This document shows, one piece after another, positions 39,500 to 53,618 of a stretch of DNA of 64,000 nucleotides. The notes under the pieces are model-generated. The model was not told where the DNA came from and did no database searches. It worked only from the letters and a program-made list of their open reading frames with translations. The number at the start of each line of letters is the position of its first letter. Position 1 is the first letter of the stretch. The DNA comes from Ministeria vibrans ATCC 50519 (lineage: Eukaryota > Protista > Filasterea). Location of the stretch: the NCBI GenBank assembly GCA_943704425.1, contig CALSCP010000313.1:170713-234712 (forward strand). Reading direction: 5' to 3'. The position numbers and the translations under genes are program-made.

Positions 39500-42400
39500 T
39501 CATCTAATATCAACAATGTCGCTTTCGTCGTCATCGAGCACACGCGTTGGACTCAGCATGGAGCGACCTTCGAGCGACTCGTCGACTGCAGTCGTCGACG
39601 TGGTGGCCGCTGCCAGAGCGGCCGCTGAGAGTGTGACGTTCTCTTCGACACTCTGTTGCTTGCTCGCTTCGTCCGAGAGCGACGTGAGCAGGCGACAGAG
39701 GGGCTCGAGAACGGCGGCGGGTCGCTCCTCCTGCACCAGCGAGCCACAGTAGTCAACCTGAATGTAAGTCGAGCGGTTCCGTGGCAATCTCTTCATCGCC
39801 ATGAGTTGTTCCTTGACCGTGGCCGACGCGAGTCCCACCAAGACCAGCACGGGACACTGTATGGCACAGAGTCGCGCGTCGAGGTCGCCCCGCTTCAGGT
39901 AGGTGTGCCAAAAGTGGGCAATGTTGCGACTGGGGATGGAGCTGGCAAGCGATGCTCGCACCATTTGTGTCACGGGACGTCCCATGGACAACGCCCGTGG
40001 CCCAAAATAGCGACGCAGCAGATGGTTCTCAGTCTGGACACTCACGCCCCAGTGTCTCAGGCGCCAAGTCGACGTCGCCACGTGACTGTGCTCCCACAGG
40101 CCGGGCTTGCACGCGACAAGACCGCTCACAATGAGTGCACATACTCGTCGAGGATTCGCCAGGGCAAACAACGTGAGCACATTGGCACCCGCACCCGAAC
40201 CAAAGAGCACCGCCTTGCTCAGCGAGAACTCGTCGTACACCTGATCGATGGCCGAGGAAAGTTCGTGTAGCGACGGATAGGCGGCGCCACTCGCAATCAC
40301 CTGTGCACCCTTCTCGTGGCCCGGTGCATCAATGTGATACACACAATAGGTGGCAAGCAACTGCGCAAGCTGACGATGGCGCGAAAACTCACCAAAACAC
40401 GTCTCGTGATTGAGACCAATATCGTGAAACGTCAGCATCGCAGGCTTTGAGCGGTCACCCACAACAGTCACCGTAATGCGCAAGTTATCGCGCGAGTTCT
40501 CGAGACGAATCACGTGCACGGCGTCTGTTTGACCACCAATACCCGCACCCGCCTCTCCCATTGTGTTGAGAAGAGCGACGCTCTCGGGTGGCAGCAGCAA
40601 TGGTGCTCGTTGGCGTCCGTCGCGCTCCTCGTGTGGCGTGCTCATTTCCAGGTTGGCATGGAGATGCATATCGTCGTCTACTTCGGACAAAACATGCATC
40701 ACACCTGTCGTTGGTGTTCCGATTGCCTCCGCCTCAATGCGCTGCAAAACGAACGTAAATATAAATATTATAGTAAAAATTATTATTATCATTAAAACAT
40801 AAAACATCAACCGCAATATTAATAACAATAATAGTAAAACAACAATGGCAAACAACAACAACAATGATAATATAACAACAGCAACAACAACAATAACAAC
40901 AATAATAATAACAATAATAATAACAATAATATAACAACAGCAACAACAACAATAACAACAATAATAATAACAATAATAATAACAATAATATAACAACAGC
41001 AACAACAACAATAACAACAATAATAATAACAATAATAATAACAATAATATTAAACAACAATGGTAAACAACAACAACAACAATGGAATTTTAATAACAAC
41101 AATAATAATAACTATTACAACAAAAACAATAAAAATAATAAAACTTTCAAAACTTATTTCGTACCAGTCTTTCCTGCTCCTCTTCAAAGTTTCGCACAGT
41201 CTCCGCTTTAGCAGCATGGCGCTGAAAAAAAAAGGATCATAATTATGAGATACTGTTGTTATTTTTGGCGGGGGAATCAAACGTCAATCAAACCTCTTGG
41301 ATGAGCTGCGCACGAGTCTTTTTGCGCGGCGGTGTCTTGAGAGGCATTCCTGCCTTGCCCTTGGGTGTCGGCACGTGAACTAATTCAGTCTCCTTCAGCG
41401 ATTCACCTGGTTGCTTGGCAAACAGTGTTCTGGGAAACAGCTAGAAAAACAGAGACAAAAAAAATGATTATTATAAAACACAACAACAAAACAAGCTCAG
41501 GCGAAACCGAAGCAGTAAAACAAATAATTATTACCTTTTTGCTTTTGCGCGGTGCTTTGTCATCATCCTCCTCATGAGTGTCTACGTGCTCTTCTACTTC
41601 AAGGTTTTTGTTGGACTCAGGCTGCTCGTCGTAGGGCAACGACCGGGAACGTTTGGCACGATCATGCGAGCTGGTGGGGTCCGCCTCGGCATATCGACCG
41701 CCTGGCATCGAAGCGGTGCGCTGCGTTGGCGCAAGACGACCCCCGGTACCGCTCACGCACTGTATAGTGGCACGCTGAATGGAATCATCAGACGAGGCAG
41801 AGGTAGACTTCATAGCCTTGGCATAGCGGATATGAGTTGCCGCCGTCTCAGCCAGCCCTTCTGAGGTAACGCTCGTGGTGGGTCTTTTGGACATGCTATC
41901 CAGACTCGAGGAGCGTCGTGTTGCCTTCTGTTTCCCCTTGACTGGGCTGTGCACAAGCATCACCTGATGCGCCACCACAGGCACCATGTCGACCACAACT
42001 CGGTCGCGTACAAAATCGTGACCGTCCATGGACTTTACCTTGACCGCGGCCTGCCTCTTTGGCGACGCCTCAGGCTCGGGCGACGCCGGCACCACTGAGG
42101 TTGTGGTTGCCTTGAATTTGAGCAGTTTGTGTCGCAACATCATCTCCTCTTCCATCTTGCGACGGTTCACTGCTGTTTGCGTGAGATTGGCGGCGGTACG
42201 GGAGCGATGTTGACTTGTGTCAACGGCAGGCACCAAGGGGTCGTGGCAGTAGGGTTCGCTTGAAGAAACGGACAATGTGGATGTGGTGGCGGGCGTCATG
42301 AGTGATGTTGCAGCACTCTCCGTGCCCGCTGAATCGCGACAGAGCGCCTCCTTGGTAAGACGTGTCACTCTCGTGACGACCTTGCGTGGGTCTACTTTGA

Positions 42401-45400
42401 CAAAGACGGGAAAAGGCGAGCCCACCAGGCGTTTTTGATTGGCACGGATGCTAATGAGGTATTTGCCGCTGCACGTCGGCTCCCACGTGACAAAGTGTGA
42501 TCCACTACCCTGATCGACAATGTTGGGAATGACGTCACGAGGACCCGTAATGGTGACTGTCACAATGGGCGGAGGAGTGAGGCCTGCTTGGACCGGTGCG
42601 AGAGGCTTGAGCGAGCCGGAGTTGACAATGAAGGAAGAAGGCATGCCCACGCGTGCGCTCCGTAGACCGTCGCCGTACGCACGCACACGAAGGCGCTCGT
42701 CAAACTTGCTGCACGACGCTGTGCTGAGGAAGGGCGAGCCGGCAATGTGACGATCGCCGAGACGCACCGAAACAGCATACAAACCGGGCTTGGGCAAGAC
42801 AAAGGCACACGAATAGGATCCCTTGCGAGAGTCGCGGACAATGCCGCGCACTGTGTCCATCGTCTTGGCCATCGCACCGTCGTTGACCGACGAGTCTGAG
42901 TGCGCCTGTTCAAGTTCGGCAAACACCTCGACCACGTCGCCTCCATGAAGCACCGGGTGGCCACGCACGTCGCGTGCCTGCATTGTGAAAATGGCCGGCA
43001 CGCCTACCTCGACGGAAGCCAGCGACTCGGTCTCGATGCGGCACTTGCTTGGCTCGGCCTGTGCAATGGCAGCCAGACACACCGGAGAGCCCACGACACT
43101 CTCGTCGTTAATGGTGACCGCGAGTCGATAGTGACCCTCGTACTGAACCACAAGGGTGACGCGGTACAGGCCCGTGCCACAGTCAACAATGTCCACGCGC
43201 GAGTGACTGGGCCCCTCGACCGCCACACGCACCATGTCGCCACCACGCTTTCGATTGCTTTGAACCTCAAACGTGACGGGACCCACTAGGAAGCGACCGT
43301 GCGTCTCAGTTGCGTCAGCAATCGCCTGGAGTGTTGAAGGCCACGCGGACGCGTCGACACACCCCAAAATGGTGTCGTTGTGGAGGCGCACAAAGGTCTC
43401 GGCGCCGCGCGCCTCGATTGCCGACGCGGACACCGTCACATTGAAAGGACTGCCACGGATCGCCTGACCATCCATGAGAATGTGGACGTTGCACGTACCC
43501 GGTGCCAAAGCATCGTACACAAGCGCATAGGTGCCGTCGCGACAGTCCTCGAACAGGGGCGCCGCCAGAACAGTTGAGTCGGACACAGTCGCCAGCATCG
43601 TACGGCCGCCCACTCGCACCTGTTCGCCAGCGTAGCCTACCGACTGGAGTTTACAACGTGAACGCTCTCCAGCGGGCACCGGGTCGTCGGGCGTGCCCGG
43701 CAACGAGTCGCCAATGATGTAGGAAAGAGCAGGACAAGCACCAAGGCCGACGCGAATGGAGAGAGGTGAGTCGGGGATGGGCAAACCATTGACGAGAATT
43801 TTCATGTGGTAAATGCCAACGCGCGTTACCCTGTACGCAATCTGGTAGCTGCCGTCGTGGCGATCGGTGATGGCGCTAAGCCCCACGGCATTGGTCGAGC
43901 CGCTTGGGTCGGCAAGGGTCACTCTGACGTCGTCGTCGCCGCTAGTCTTGGGCTCGCCGCTGGTCAACATGAGGTACAAAGTGATAAACGACGTGGTTCC
44001 AAGTGCCCCGTATGACATGGCAAGGCCATCGAGATAGCAACGATTGGCATCCACCTCATCAAGCTCCTCAATGGACTCGGGCTCGGAGGGAATTGGCATG
44101 AGCTCGAGGTTGCTTGACGACGAGCGGCGCACCACGACGGGGGGTTGTTTGGGCGCATGGTTCTGCGCGCTGCCATCAGACAGTGATGCAATTGAAGCGG
44201 AGCCAGCGAGGTGGGGTGGGCATACGTGTGACAATGAGGGTGATGGACGGACATCCTGCAGGGCACCCAACTCAGTGACTACAAGGATAGTGTAAGGGCA
44301 GCCGGCAATAGCCTGACCATTGACTTGGATGCGGGCGAGGTATGTTTCAGCCGTGTTGAGTTGGTATTCGACAAGGAACAGTCCATTGCTAAAATCGGTG
44401 ACCACCACGGTGTGGCTTTCGTCGCGACCGTCGGCAAGCGACTCAATCTGCACCGTAACACGGTCACCACCGCTCGCTTTGGCGCGGCCCTCGTGAGTCA
44501 TAGTGTGCACATGAAAGTGGGCGGTCTGACGCACAAGCACCACGTCGAGACCTTCCCCACTTGCGTAACATTTGCTCGGGTCCACCTCTTCGTTGACGAC
44601 TCCCATCGCTTGGAGGGAGCGCACGTGCAGTGCCGAGCCTGCCAGATCACCGCCTACATGTGAGCCATTGAGAAGTGTCACAATGACGTAATGACCCGGA
44701 CGGTCCATGGTGTAGTGAACGTCGTAGCTGCCATCGCGGTTGTCGTTGATGGTGGCGACACAGGGAACAAGGGCACCGTCAAACTCCCGTTCAAAGTCCA
44801 CTTCGACACGATCGCCTCCGGTCGTCTTGGGAGTGCCGTCGGCAAAGTAGGCGAGGACGCGGAAGTGGGCGGGTTCGTCGACAAAGGCATCGTGCAGACC
44901 GTCACCCTCGACGCGACACTGGGGCGCGGCCGCCTCCTCGGCAACCTCCACAAGGAAGGGCGAATCGAGGACGGGCACCCCATTGACGGAGATGTTCAGG
45001 TGAAACGAGCCAGCCTCGTCGACGCGATACACCGCGTCGTACGTGCCGTCACGATTGTCAATGACCAGAGGTTGGCGTGGTACGGCCGTAGGCGAGGCAG
45101 GAAGATTTTCTTCGATGGTTGTCAGTTGCACGACCACCCGGTCACCCCCCGTGGTCTTTTTGGCGCCGTCCAAGGTTAGAGACTGCACTGCAAACGCGAC
45201 GGGCTTGCGACGCGTGATCGAGCCAAGCGACGTGCCAAAGGCATAGCCCACAATGGATTCGCCGAGGTTTGCCTCGCGTGACTGATCGACGAGTCTTGCA
45301 GCAAGCATGGCGGCCTCGTCGCCACTGACAGTGCGATGAAAGTTGCTCCGCCTTCGACCGCGAAAGTGCCCTGAGGCTGAAAATTCAGACGCCGTGGGCG

Positions 45401-46763
45401 ACTCGGAGAGGTTGGGGTGCGACTGGGAACGTGTAGGCGGTGGTGTGGATGTTTGGAGGGGCGGTGAGAATGCGAGCGGGTCGACATAGTCGCGACTGTC
45501 GTCGAGGGCTTCGTCTTGGTCGTTGCTGTCGAGCCTTCTACGATGAGAAGCAATGGGCGACGCGTACGGAGTGACAGCGGGTGACGCATTAGCGGTGGGG
45601 CCGGGCGAGATATTTATGTCTGTGATGGTGCGATCGAGGTCCTTCGCCACCAGCAACGGATCCTCGTCGTCATCAGTCAGAAGACCTTTGCTCGCAATTG
45701 CGGACGTGGGATGTAGTTCTTCGCTGTCGATAACCACGCTATCTTCGATGGTGTGTCCTTCATCCTCCTTCTCCTCGCCCTCCTCCTCTTCCTCCTTCTT
45801 CTCCTCCTCCATTTCCCAAGTTGCCTCCTCGTCGTACTCACTCATGTCGTCGTCTGCCGTGGTATCAGCCTGCTCCTTGACTGTCATTTGCTCGTCTTCC
45901 TCCTGATCGGTGACCTCCGCCGTTGACTCCTCCGCGACCAACGACGAGTCGACCAGACTTGGCGTCATGTCGAGGTCATCCAGCAATGTGCCCGTGCGTT
46001 GTGACAAATCGTGCTCGCTGGGATCGTCAACTCCCGAGTCTGTGGTGGTACGGCCGTCACTGCTGTGACAGCTGCCATTGAGCATTGGGACTGCAACGCT
46101 ATGCGGGTGCTCAGGCAGCGGTGCACACGGTTCACCCAGAGGCAGGTCTTTGTTGGCTTGTGCGGGGGAGCGGCAAGCAAGCTCCTCGGCTTGCTCATCG
46201 GCTTCGCGGAGACGGTCGAAGAATGGATCATCGTCCAGGTCGTCGTCGCCGTCGTCTTCGTCAGGGTTTTCTTTGAGAAAATCGACGGGAGCGCTTTGGA
46301 GGATGGTGGTGGCTGGACTGGAGATGGTGCACTCAATCATGCTGTCAATCATACTGCTATAGTCCGGCAAGGAAGGCACTGAGTCAAAGTAGGCGAGAGG
46401 TGACAGGGCCCGCGGTGGCGGCGGCGACGACAGACGAACGGCCGCAAATGATTGTGAGTCGGTCTTGAGCAAGCCTGTGGTCGTGGTGGTCGCAAGCGCT
46501 CCGTTCACAAACGCAGTCGCAGTCGAGCTGTCGCTGGAACTTTGGGAAAGCGAACGTGCAGCACGGTGATTGTCGACCAAACTGAAATGGGTTGCGGCGC
46601 GTCTGGCAGCGGGCGAGGACAGCGCCGACGACGCAGGAGACTCGTCCGGAGACATAGTCAGACCAAGTGAGATACTGTCGCTGTCGCCCCCATTACTCGT
46701 TTCCGACGCAAGTGAGCTCTCGTACTCAAGACCCACCGATGCGCGTGGCGACGCAGACGTGGC
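39500..46763 (-). CDS. Filamin-repeat (8x) - NDRG alpha/beta-hydrolase-fold fusion protein (5' end uncertain)
   Basis: Exons ~46763-41535, 41440-41294, 41221-41165 and 40741-39500, joined by phase-0 GT-AG introns. Filamin motifs GGD..V, DNRDG[TS]Y, I.GSPF; NDRG motifs TFHDIGLNHETCF, HIDAPGHEKGA, GSGAGANV. Confidence 0.8.
40780..41140. repeat. (AAC/AAT)n intronic microsatellite
   Basis: Direct inspection; similar (AAT)n tracts at about 12480-12570, 23150-23220, 31265-31350 and 52525-52715. Confidence 0.9.
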
Positions 46764-47163
46764 CTGTCCCACAAAAAGAAAGAAAAGAGAGAGAGAAAAA
46801 AAAAGCGAGTTTTAGAATGGGTTCAAAAAAAAAAAGAGCAAGAAAATGTAAGATGGAAAAAGCGGCATAAGCAACATAGGGATTGGGACGTGTGACAAAG
46901 GTGGAAAACTGCAAGGGTGGTCGTCAGCGGCGCAGGACTGAGGAGGGGTTGTTTTTTTTGCAGAGCTATTGAGAGAGAGAGAGAGAGGAGATTGCAGAGG
47001 AATGTTGAACAATCGACCGGCGGAAGTGCACGACAGCCAGCGTCGCATGCGGAGCACGGCGGCCCGCCTGCAGGCGTCAGCGGGGCTCTGTGCATGGTGA
47101 ACACCACACCGTCCGCTGCCTTCCGCAGCACACATGCAGTGAGTCCCACTTCAACTGACTGAC

Positions 47164-47206
<43 letters not shown>

Positions 47207-47478
47207 CTTTTTCAACCCAAAGCTCAATGAAGTTCGTGTTTTGTACCATCTTGTGTTGTCGAACTATGACTGTTTCGGTGTGTCAGACGGAGTATATAGA
47301 AGAAATTAATGTATAATGTTTTTGCAGTTCAATCAATCACTCTGTAGAATGTAATAAATAATACGTCTAATAATTCAAGTTACAAGACACTTTAATTTTT
47401 CTCTTGTATTCCGCTTTTGTTGCTCACACGCGATCAAAGACCGCATCGTCTGACCCCGAATTGTGCGCGTGACGTAAC

Positions 47479-50400
47479 ATGTCTGGAGTGAATGGTGCTT
47501 TGGAAGAGGCGCAGGAGACTGGCATTTTGGAGCTTTCTGGCCAGAAGTTGCGCGTTTGGCCCGCAAACGCTGTCAAGTATGATCTAGAGGACATATCCTC
47601 GCTCGGTACGACATATTGATGCGTCAAACGATCGATAAAGAGAGCGAGAGAGAAACCGCTCGCGGTTAATGCATGATCTGATGTTCTCGCCATCTGCTTT
47701 GCGCCGTGGCCCTCTCGTTCCCATTGCTCCAATCGGCGTCGTGCCACTCCCTCGGCGCCTTTCCCAACGCACGCCTTGTCTCGCATCCCGTCGTTTTCCC
47801 TCTTGTGTCCTCGTCGGCTCTTTTAAGAGCCGACGAGNNNNNNNNNNTTTTTTTTTTTTTTTTTTTGCTTTTTTCTTTCGCTGTGTCTTCCCTGAGTAGG
47901 CGGCTCGCTCGCGCGACGCACTCCTACACTTGTCGTGAGTTGGTGTTGCTGTGCCGGCCGATGCATGCGGCGTCTCGCGTGCGCCATTGCCCAGGACAAG
48001 TCCAAAGCTGCGCCGGAAAGAGCGGCAAGCTGTTCTTCTCGAGCCCTGTCGATTGATCGCAACTTGCTCAACCACCGGCATGGTCGTTGTGTGCCCCGCC
48101 ATGTCGTCACATGCGTCTTGACCATCTTTAACCGATTCAAGACAAAAAAAAAAAAAATTGTGTGCCGAAACGAATGACGTTGGCAGTTTTCACAGCCCAT
48201 CGTCGCCATTCGCCCTCTTGCACGCTCCGCACTGCTTGGAATCGTTTACATACATGTGTACCAAGTTGTTTTTTGTGTTAACTGCATGCTTTGCTTATGG
48301 TTCTGGACCCTTCCGTTCGGTGTTTCGTTTTTTTTTTTTCCTACTCTTCACTCTCTCCTCTCTGATCGCTCGTCCTTGCTTTGAAATGCGACGTTTTTGT
48401 CACTAACCAGTTGCTGGCTCTCTGTAGACATCTCGTCGAATCGATTTATGGTGCTTCCACGCGAGGTTGTGGCGCTTTTGACGCTTGAATCACTCAACTG
48501 CTACCGCAACATTATCTCGACGATGCCCTCGCTTGCGCCCCTCTCCTACCTGCGTGTGCTCAACATGAGTCGCAACCAACTAACAGCGATGCCGACGGGT
48601 CTGGCCGACCTACCGCTGGAGATTATCAACGTGAGCAACAACAAGATCAACGTTCTCAGCGACGAGATTGGTCGTGTTCAGACGCTCAAAGAACTCGACG
48701 TGAGCAACAACGAACTCGAGCTGATTCCCGCTTGCCTTGGAAACCTGACCATGCTGCAGGACGTGAATTTGAGTCGCAACCGCCTCACGTCGCTGCCCGA
48801 TGAGATTGGCAACTTGCCTTTGACGAAACTAGACTTCTCTTCCAACGGTGTCACAGTCATCCCGCCATCCTTTTGCGAGATGTCCTCGCTCGTTACCCTT
48901 GCCATTGGCAACAACCCACTTGTGTCGCCTCCCGCTCACATTTGCGCGCGTGGCCGCGTCCATATCTTCCAGCATTTGCGCGAACAGCTCGAACAACAGG
49001 ATGCGTCGCCGGTCAAGGCAGCCAAGAAGGCACCGAGTGGCGCTGCCAGCGACGACGAAGGTGGTGTGGTTGAGCAGAATGGCCACGCAAACGAGGCGCC
49101 CAAGGCGACAGACAACGATCAGATGACGACCACGGCCGATAAATCGGCGCTGGAACGTGAGGCGCTCATCGAGCAGCGTGCCCTTGAACTGGAGCGCGAG
49201 GTCCTCGCCCAGATGGAGGCGGAGGAGGCTGCTGCTGCCGAAGCGGAAGCTGCTGCTGCTGCTGCTGCTGCTGAGGCGCAAGCGGAGGCAGAGGCTGCCG
49301 CAGAGGCTGCGCGCGTTGCACAGGAGGCCGAAGAGAAGGCGCAGGCGGAAGCTCTTGTACGACGCCAGGCTGAAATTGAGGAGCAGCAACGTCGCGAGTT
49401 GGAGGCGGAGGCACAGGCACGCGAGGAGGAACGCAAGCGCGAGGAAGAGGAGACGCTGCGTCGACTCGAGGAGGAGGCTCTTCAGCGCCTTCAGGCTGAA
49501 GAAGAAGCACGTCTCGCTGCTGAAGCTGAAGCAGCAGCAGCAGCCTTGGCAAGGGCTGAGGAAGAGGCTCGCCTGGCAGCTGAAGCGGAAGAAGAACGGT
49601 TGGCACTCGAAGCAGAAGAAGAGGCGAAATTGCGCCGACTTGAAGACGAGGCGCTGGCACGCCTGGCAGCTGAGGAGGCGGAGGCAGCAGCAAAGGCCGA
49701 GGCCGAGGCAGCCGCAAAGGCCGAGGCGGAAGCAGCCGCAAAGGCCGAGGCGGAGGAAGCGGCAAAGGCTAAGGCGGAGGAAGCCGCTAGTCGTGCCGAG
49801 AAGCTGCGACAGCTTGAGGAGGAACAGCGAGAAGCCGCTGAGTGTGCCCGTCAACAGGCGATTGCTGCACGAGCGTTGGAGATTGAGCGTGAGGAGCGCG
49901 AAAAGCTGGAGCGTGAGCAGCGTGAGACGGCGGAGGCTGCAGCTGCTGCTGAGGCCGAAGCAACAGCGGTTGCGGCACGCGAAGCAGCCGTTTCCGCAGT
50001 AGCACTTGCAGCACAGGCACCTGCGGAGGGCAACAACGACGAGGAAGAGGACGAGGAGGCGATGTTGGAGCGATTTGCTGCTGAAGAGAAGGCCAAGCTG
50101 CTTGCAGAGCGTCAAGCCGCAGCTGAAGCTGCTACTGCCGCTGCTGCTGCAGCTGCTGCTGCTTCTGAGTCGACTATTACACAAGCCGCGAAGAAAACGA
50201 CGGTTGTGACAGTCAAGTCGACAGTCAAGGTGTCGTCGAAGCGAAAGAGCGCAGTCGAGGAGGGTGGCGCAAGAATAGGCGGACGCAAATCGTCAGTTGA
50301 CCAACGACGTGATTTTGTCGAACAACTCTCGGCCGAGCAGACGTCAGCGGAAGCGGACGTGGCGCGCAAGGAACGCGAACACTTAGAGGAGCGACAGGCG

Positions 50401-52633
50401 GCGATGGCCAAGGAGAAGACGGAGCGCGAGGAGCGTTTGGCTGAAGAGGTACAACGCGCCGAGTTGGCTGCGGTGGCCCGTCGCGAACAGCTGGCCCTTT
50501 TGAACAGCGAACAAGGCTCATCGTCGTCATCGAAGACAGCCACGACTACTGTCGGAAAAGTCGATGCGTCGGTGTGGGTCGAGCGTGCCGCGTCTGATCC
50601 TGATTTTGTTCCACGTGCCGACTCACGACCCCGGTCGCAGCATTTTGTGGTGCGTCCTCACGAGACGTTGGGTCGCTCAGGCTCTGATACGAAACCAGTT
50701 GCGGTGGCGTCGGCACCTGAAGCACACGACGACGATAACCTGGACACCAAGGCGACGGCAGCCGTGACCAAGGGTCGTGCGGCATTTGAGGCAAATTCGG
50801 TTAAGGAGCAGGAGATGAGCGATCGTGCGGCGCAGCGTGAGCGCGATCGAGAGGAGCGTCGTCGTGCGGCACAAGAGGACATTGCACGCAAGGAGGCGGA
50901 GTTGGCGGCGCGCAAGGCGAAGCGACTCGAAGAGAAACAGCGGAAGGATGCTGAAGCTCACGAGCGCAAGTTGAAGCAAGTGGCTGAGGCGCAACGTATC
51001 AAAGAGGCTGCGGAGGCTGCTGCTGTCCGCGCCGCTGAGGCTGCTGCAGCTGCTGCGGCGGCGGCAGAGGCTGCGGCGCGTGCTGCTGAAGAATCAGAGG
51101 AAGAAGAAGAAGAAGAAGAAGAAGAAGAAGAAGAAGAAGAAGCGGAGTCGAAGCGGACGGAGGACGAGTGGGCCGTGGCGGCGGCCGCGGCAGATGAGGA
51201 GCAGCGAATCCGAGAAGAGGCGCGTGAGGCACAGCGACGCGTGGAGGAGGTGGAGCGAGCGGCGGCCGAGGAGGTAGCACTACGCGAGGAGGAGGCTGCG
51301 CGTGCCGAGGCACAGGCCGAGGCGTTGCGACAGCAGGCGGAAGACGAAGCGTCACGGGCGAAACAGGAGAGGCAACGGCGTCGCGAGGAGGCAGCACGGC
51401 GTCAGGCAGAGATTGAGGCGGAACAGCAGGAAGAGTATGCTAAGGCGGAGCGGCGCAAACAGGAGCTGGAGCGTTGCAACAGTGGTAACACGACGACAGT
51501 GGTGGCGTCGCGTGCGACAGCTCGTCGTCAGAGTTCCGACCATAATGCCATGCGGAAGCCCACGAGTGTGGCGACTGCACCTCCTGCGACGTCAGCACAG
51601 GCTCGTGGTGCAAATGCGCCTGAAAGCTACCTGGCGGGCAACAAGCGCATCGACGCCGAATCGGAGCGCATTGCGCAGGAGCGTGAGCGTCGCATCATTG
51701 CCGAGCGCATTGCCTTTGAGCAGGTTGAGCTGCGTGTGCGTGGAAAGTTGCCTAAAGATAGCATCTTGGCGGCAAATGAGCACGCTTCCGGTGCGGCCTC
51801 AGCACCGTCCGTGACTGCAAGTGTGCCCGAGCCAGAGTCACCTCAGTGTTTGCACGAGTCGATGCTGACTGAAAGTGCTGTGGTGTCAGGGCTGTCTGTG
51901 CGCGAGCGCATGAAGCGCTTTGCCGCCGGCGGTGGTGGCGCAGACTTTGCGCCGCTCCCCGCGCCCGTCACAGTTTCACCGGCAGTTGCAGCGCAAATCT
52001 CGGCTAGTTCAGCGCCGACGCTGCGTTCGGGCAAGATGGCGGCAGCCACAACAGCAACGACGACGACATCGAGCACCCCGGCTGCCCCTATCGTTGCGGT
52101 GGTGGCGCCTTTGTCGCCTGCACCGACTGTTGTTGCACCCGCTACGACGTATCAGTCTGCGATTCGCGGTGCAACGGCCAGTCCGCGCGGCTCCATTGGC
52201 TCGTCGTCGTCGCGCTCGTCACTTCCATCTGTCACTCCGGCGTCCTCGTCGACGAATTCGTCCACCGAGCCCAAGTACTTGTTCTCATCGTCGCCTCCGA
52301 CTCGTCGCTGGAGTCGTCCAGCACAGCCTGCCGAGCCTGTCGTCGACAAGAAGGTGCGCGATCTTCCGCCAAACTTCCACACGCACGTCAGTGCCAAGTT
52401 TGTCAAGCGTCAAGACGTCGAGGAGTCCATATCCAAGTCGCGATCGCCCATGGTGGGTGGGCGCGTCGCCGAAAGTGCCCCCGAAGATGAAATTGATCCA
52501 AAGTCCCAAAAGAGTACCCACAATGATTATTATTATTAGTATCTTATTATTATTATATTATTATTATTATTATCATTATTATTATTATTATTCTTATTAT
52601 TCTTATTTAATATTATTATTATTATTATTGTTA

Positions 52634-52713
<80 letters not shown>

Positions 52714-53401
52714 GCTTTTGCTCTTTTTATCAAGCGAGTGCAATCAAATACCTTGCTCACCCCTTTCGCTTTTCTTGTTGTGTGTGTGTGTGTGTAGGTA
52801 CAAAGAAAAAGAAGAGCAAGTGGACGCTGGAACGTGAAGAGAAACAAAACTACGAAATTCTGCGGAAATTTGATGTGATCAAGAAGGTATACGCTCACTT
52901 ACACATCCAAGCATAAGCGAGAGCAGTTGACTCACTTTCTCGTGTCTTGTTTGTTGCAGGCAATTGAGGCACGTATCAAACGACCTATTTGCGAGTTTCC
53001 TGACGAGATTGCAGAGAAGATGCGTGACGGACAGGTACAATGTGACGGATGAACCATCGACAAACCGCTCACTTGTGTTTGTCTTTATTAGGTTCTGTGT
53101 GAACTTGCGAATGCTGTGAGACCGGGTGTTGCGGCGGGTTTTGCGCGCAGTACCGACGGTTCCACCCTCTCGATGATCAAGTCGCGGTACGTCACACACT
53201 CACATACATACATTTACACACGAGTCCACGATGATTCATTGATGTCATATTTGTGCAAGTAGGAAGAATTTGGATATTTTCATGGGAGCGTGTCGGCAAC
53301 TGAATGTGCCTGCGACAGAGATGTGTGCCGTGTCGGATATCATCGAGTGCAAGGACCTTGGGACGACGCTCAAGTGCGCCGAGGCGCTCCTGCGCATGTG
53401 A
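47479..53401 (+). CDS. LRCH: LRCH-family protein (LRR, long E/A/R/K helix, C-terminal calponin-homology domain)
   Basis: Exon 1 ALEEAQETGILELSGQKLRVWP..YDL; NNPLVSPPAHICARGRVHIFQHL; CH domain DG|QVLCELANAVRP..NLDIFMGACRQLNVP. Confidence 0.85.
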
Positions 53402-53618
53402 AAGTGAGTCTATCCCGCAAGAGACACGCGGAGAAGAGAGAGAAAGAGACAAGAGTGAAAGAGCTTTTTTTTTAAAAAAAACAATAAGCGAAAGGTTAAA
53501 CAAAGGAAGAAATAAGAAAGGACGAGTCCAAGTGCTGTGATGAAGACGTAGGAACAAAGATCGGTGTTGTATAAAGCGAGAGAGAATGTGTACGAATGGG
53601 TGTGCATGTGAGGGAGAG

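Noticed and set aside
48829-50184. Long antisense ORFs over LRCH and other genes (e.g. 62341-63342, 13069-14214)
   Set aside because: Expected shadows of GC-rich, low-complexity coding sequence, with no recognisable domains.
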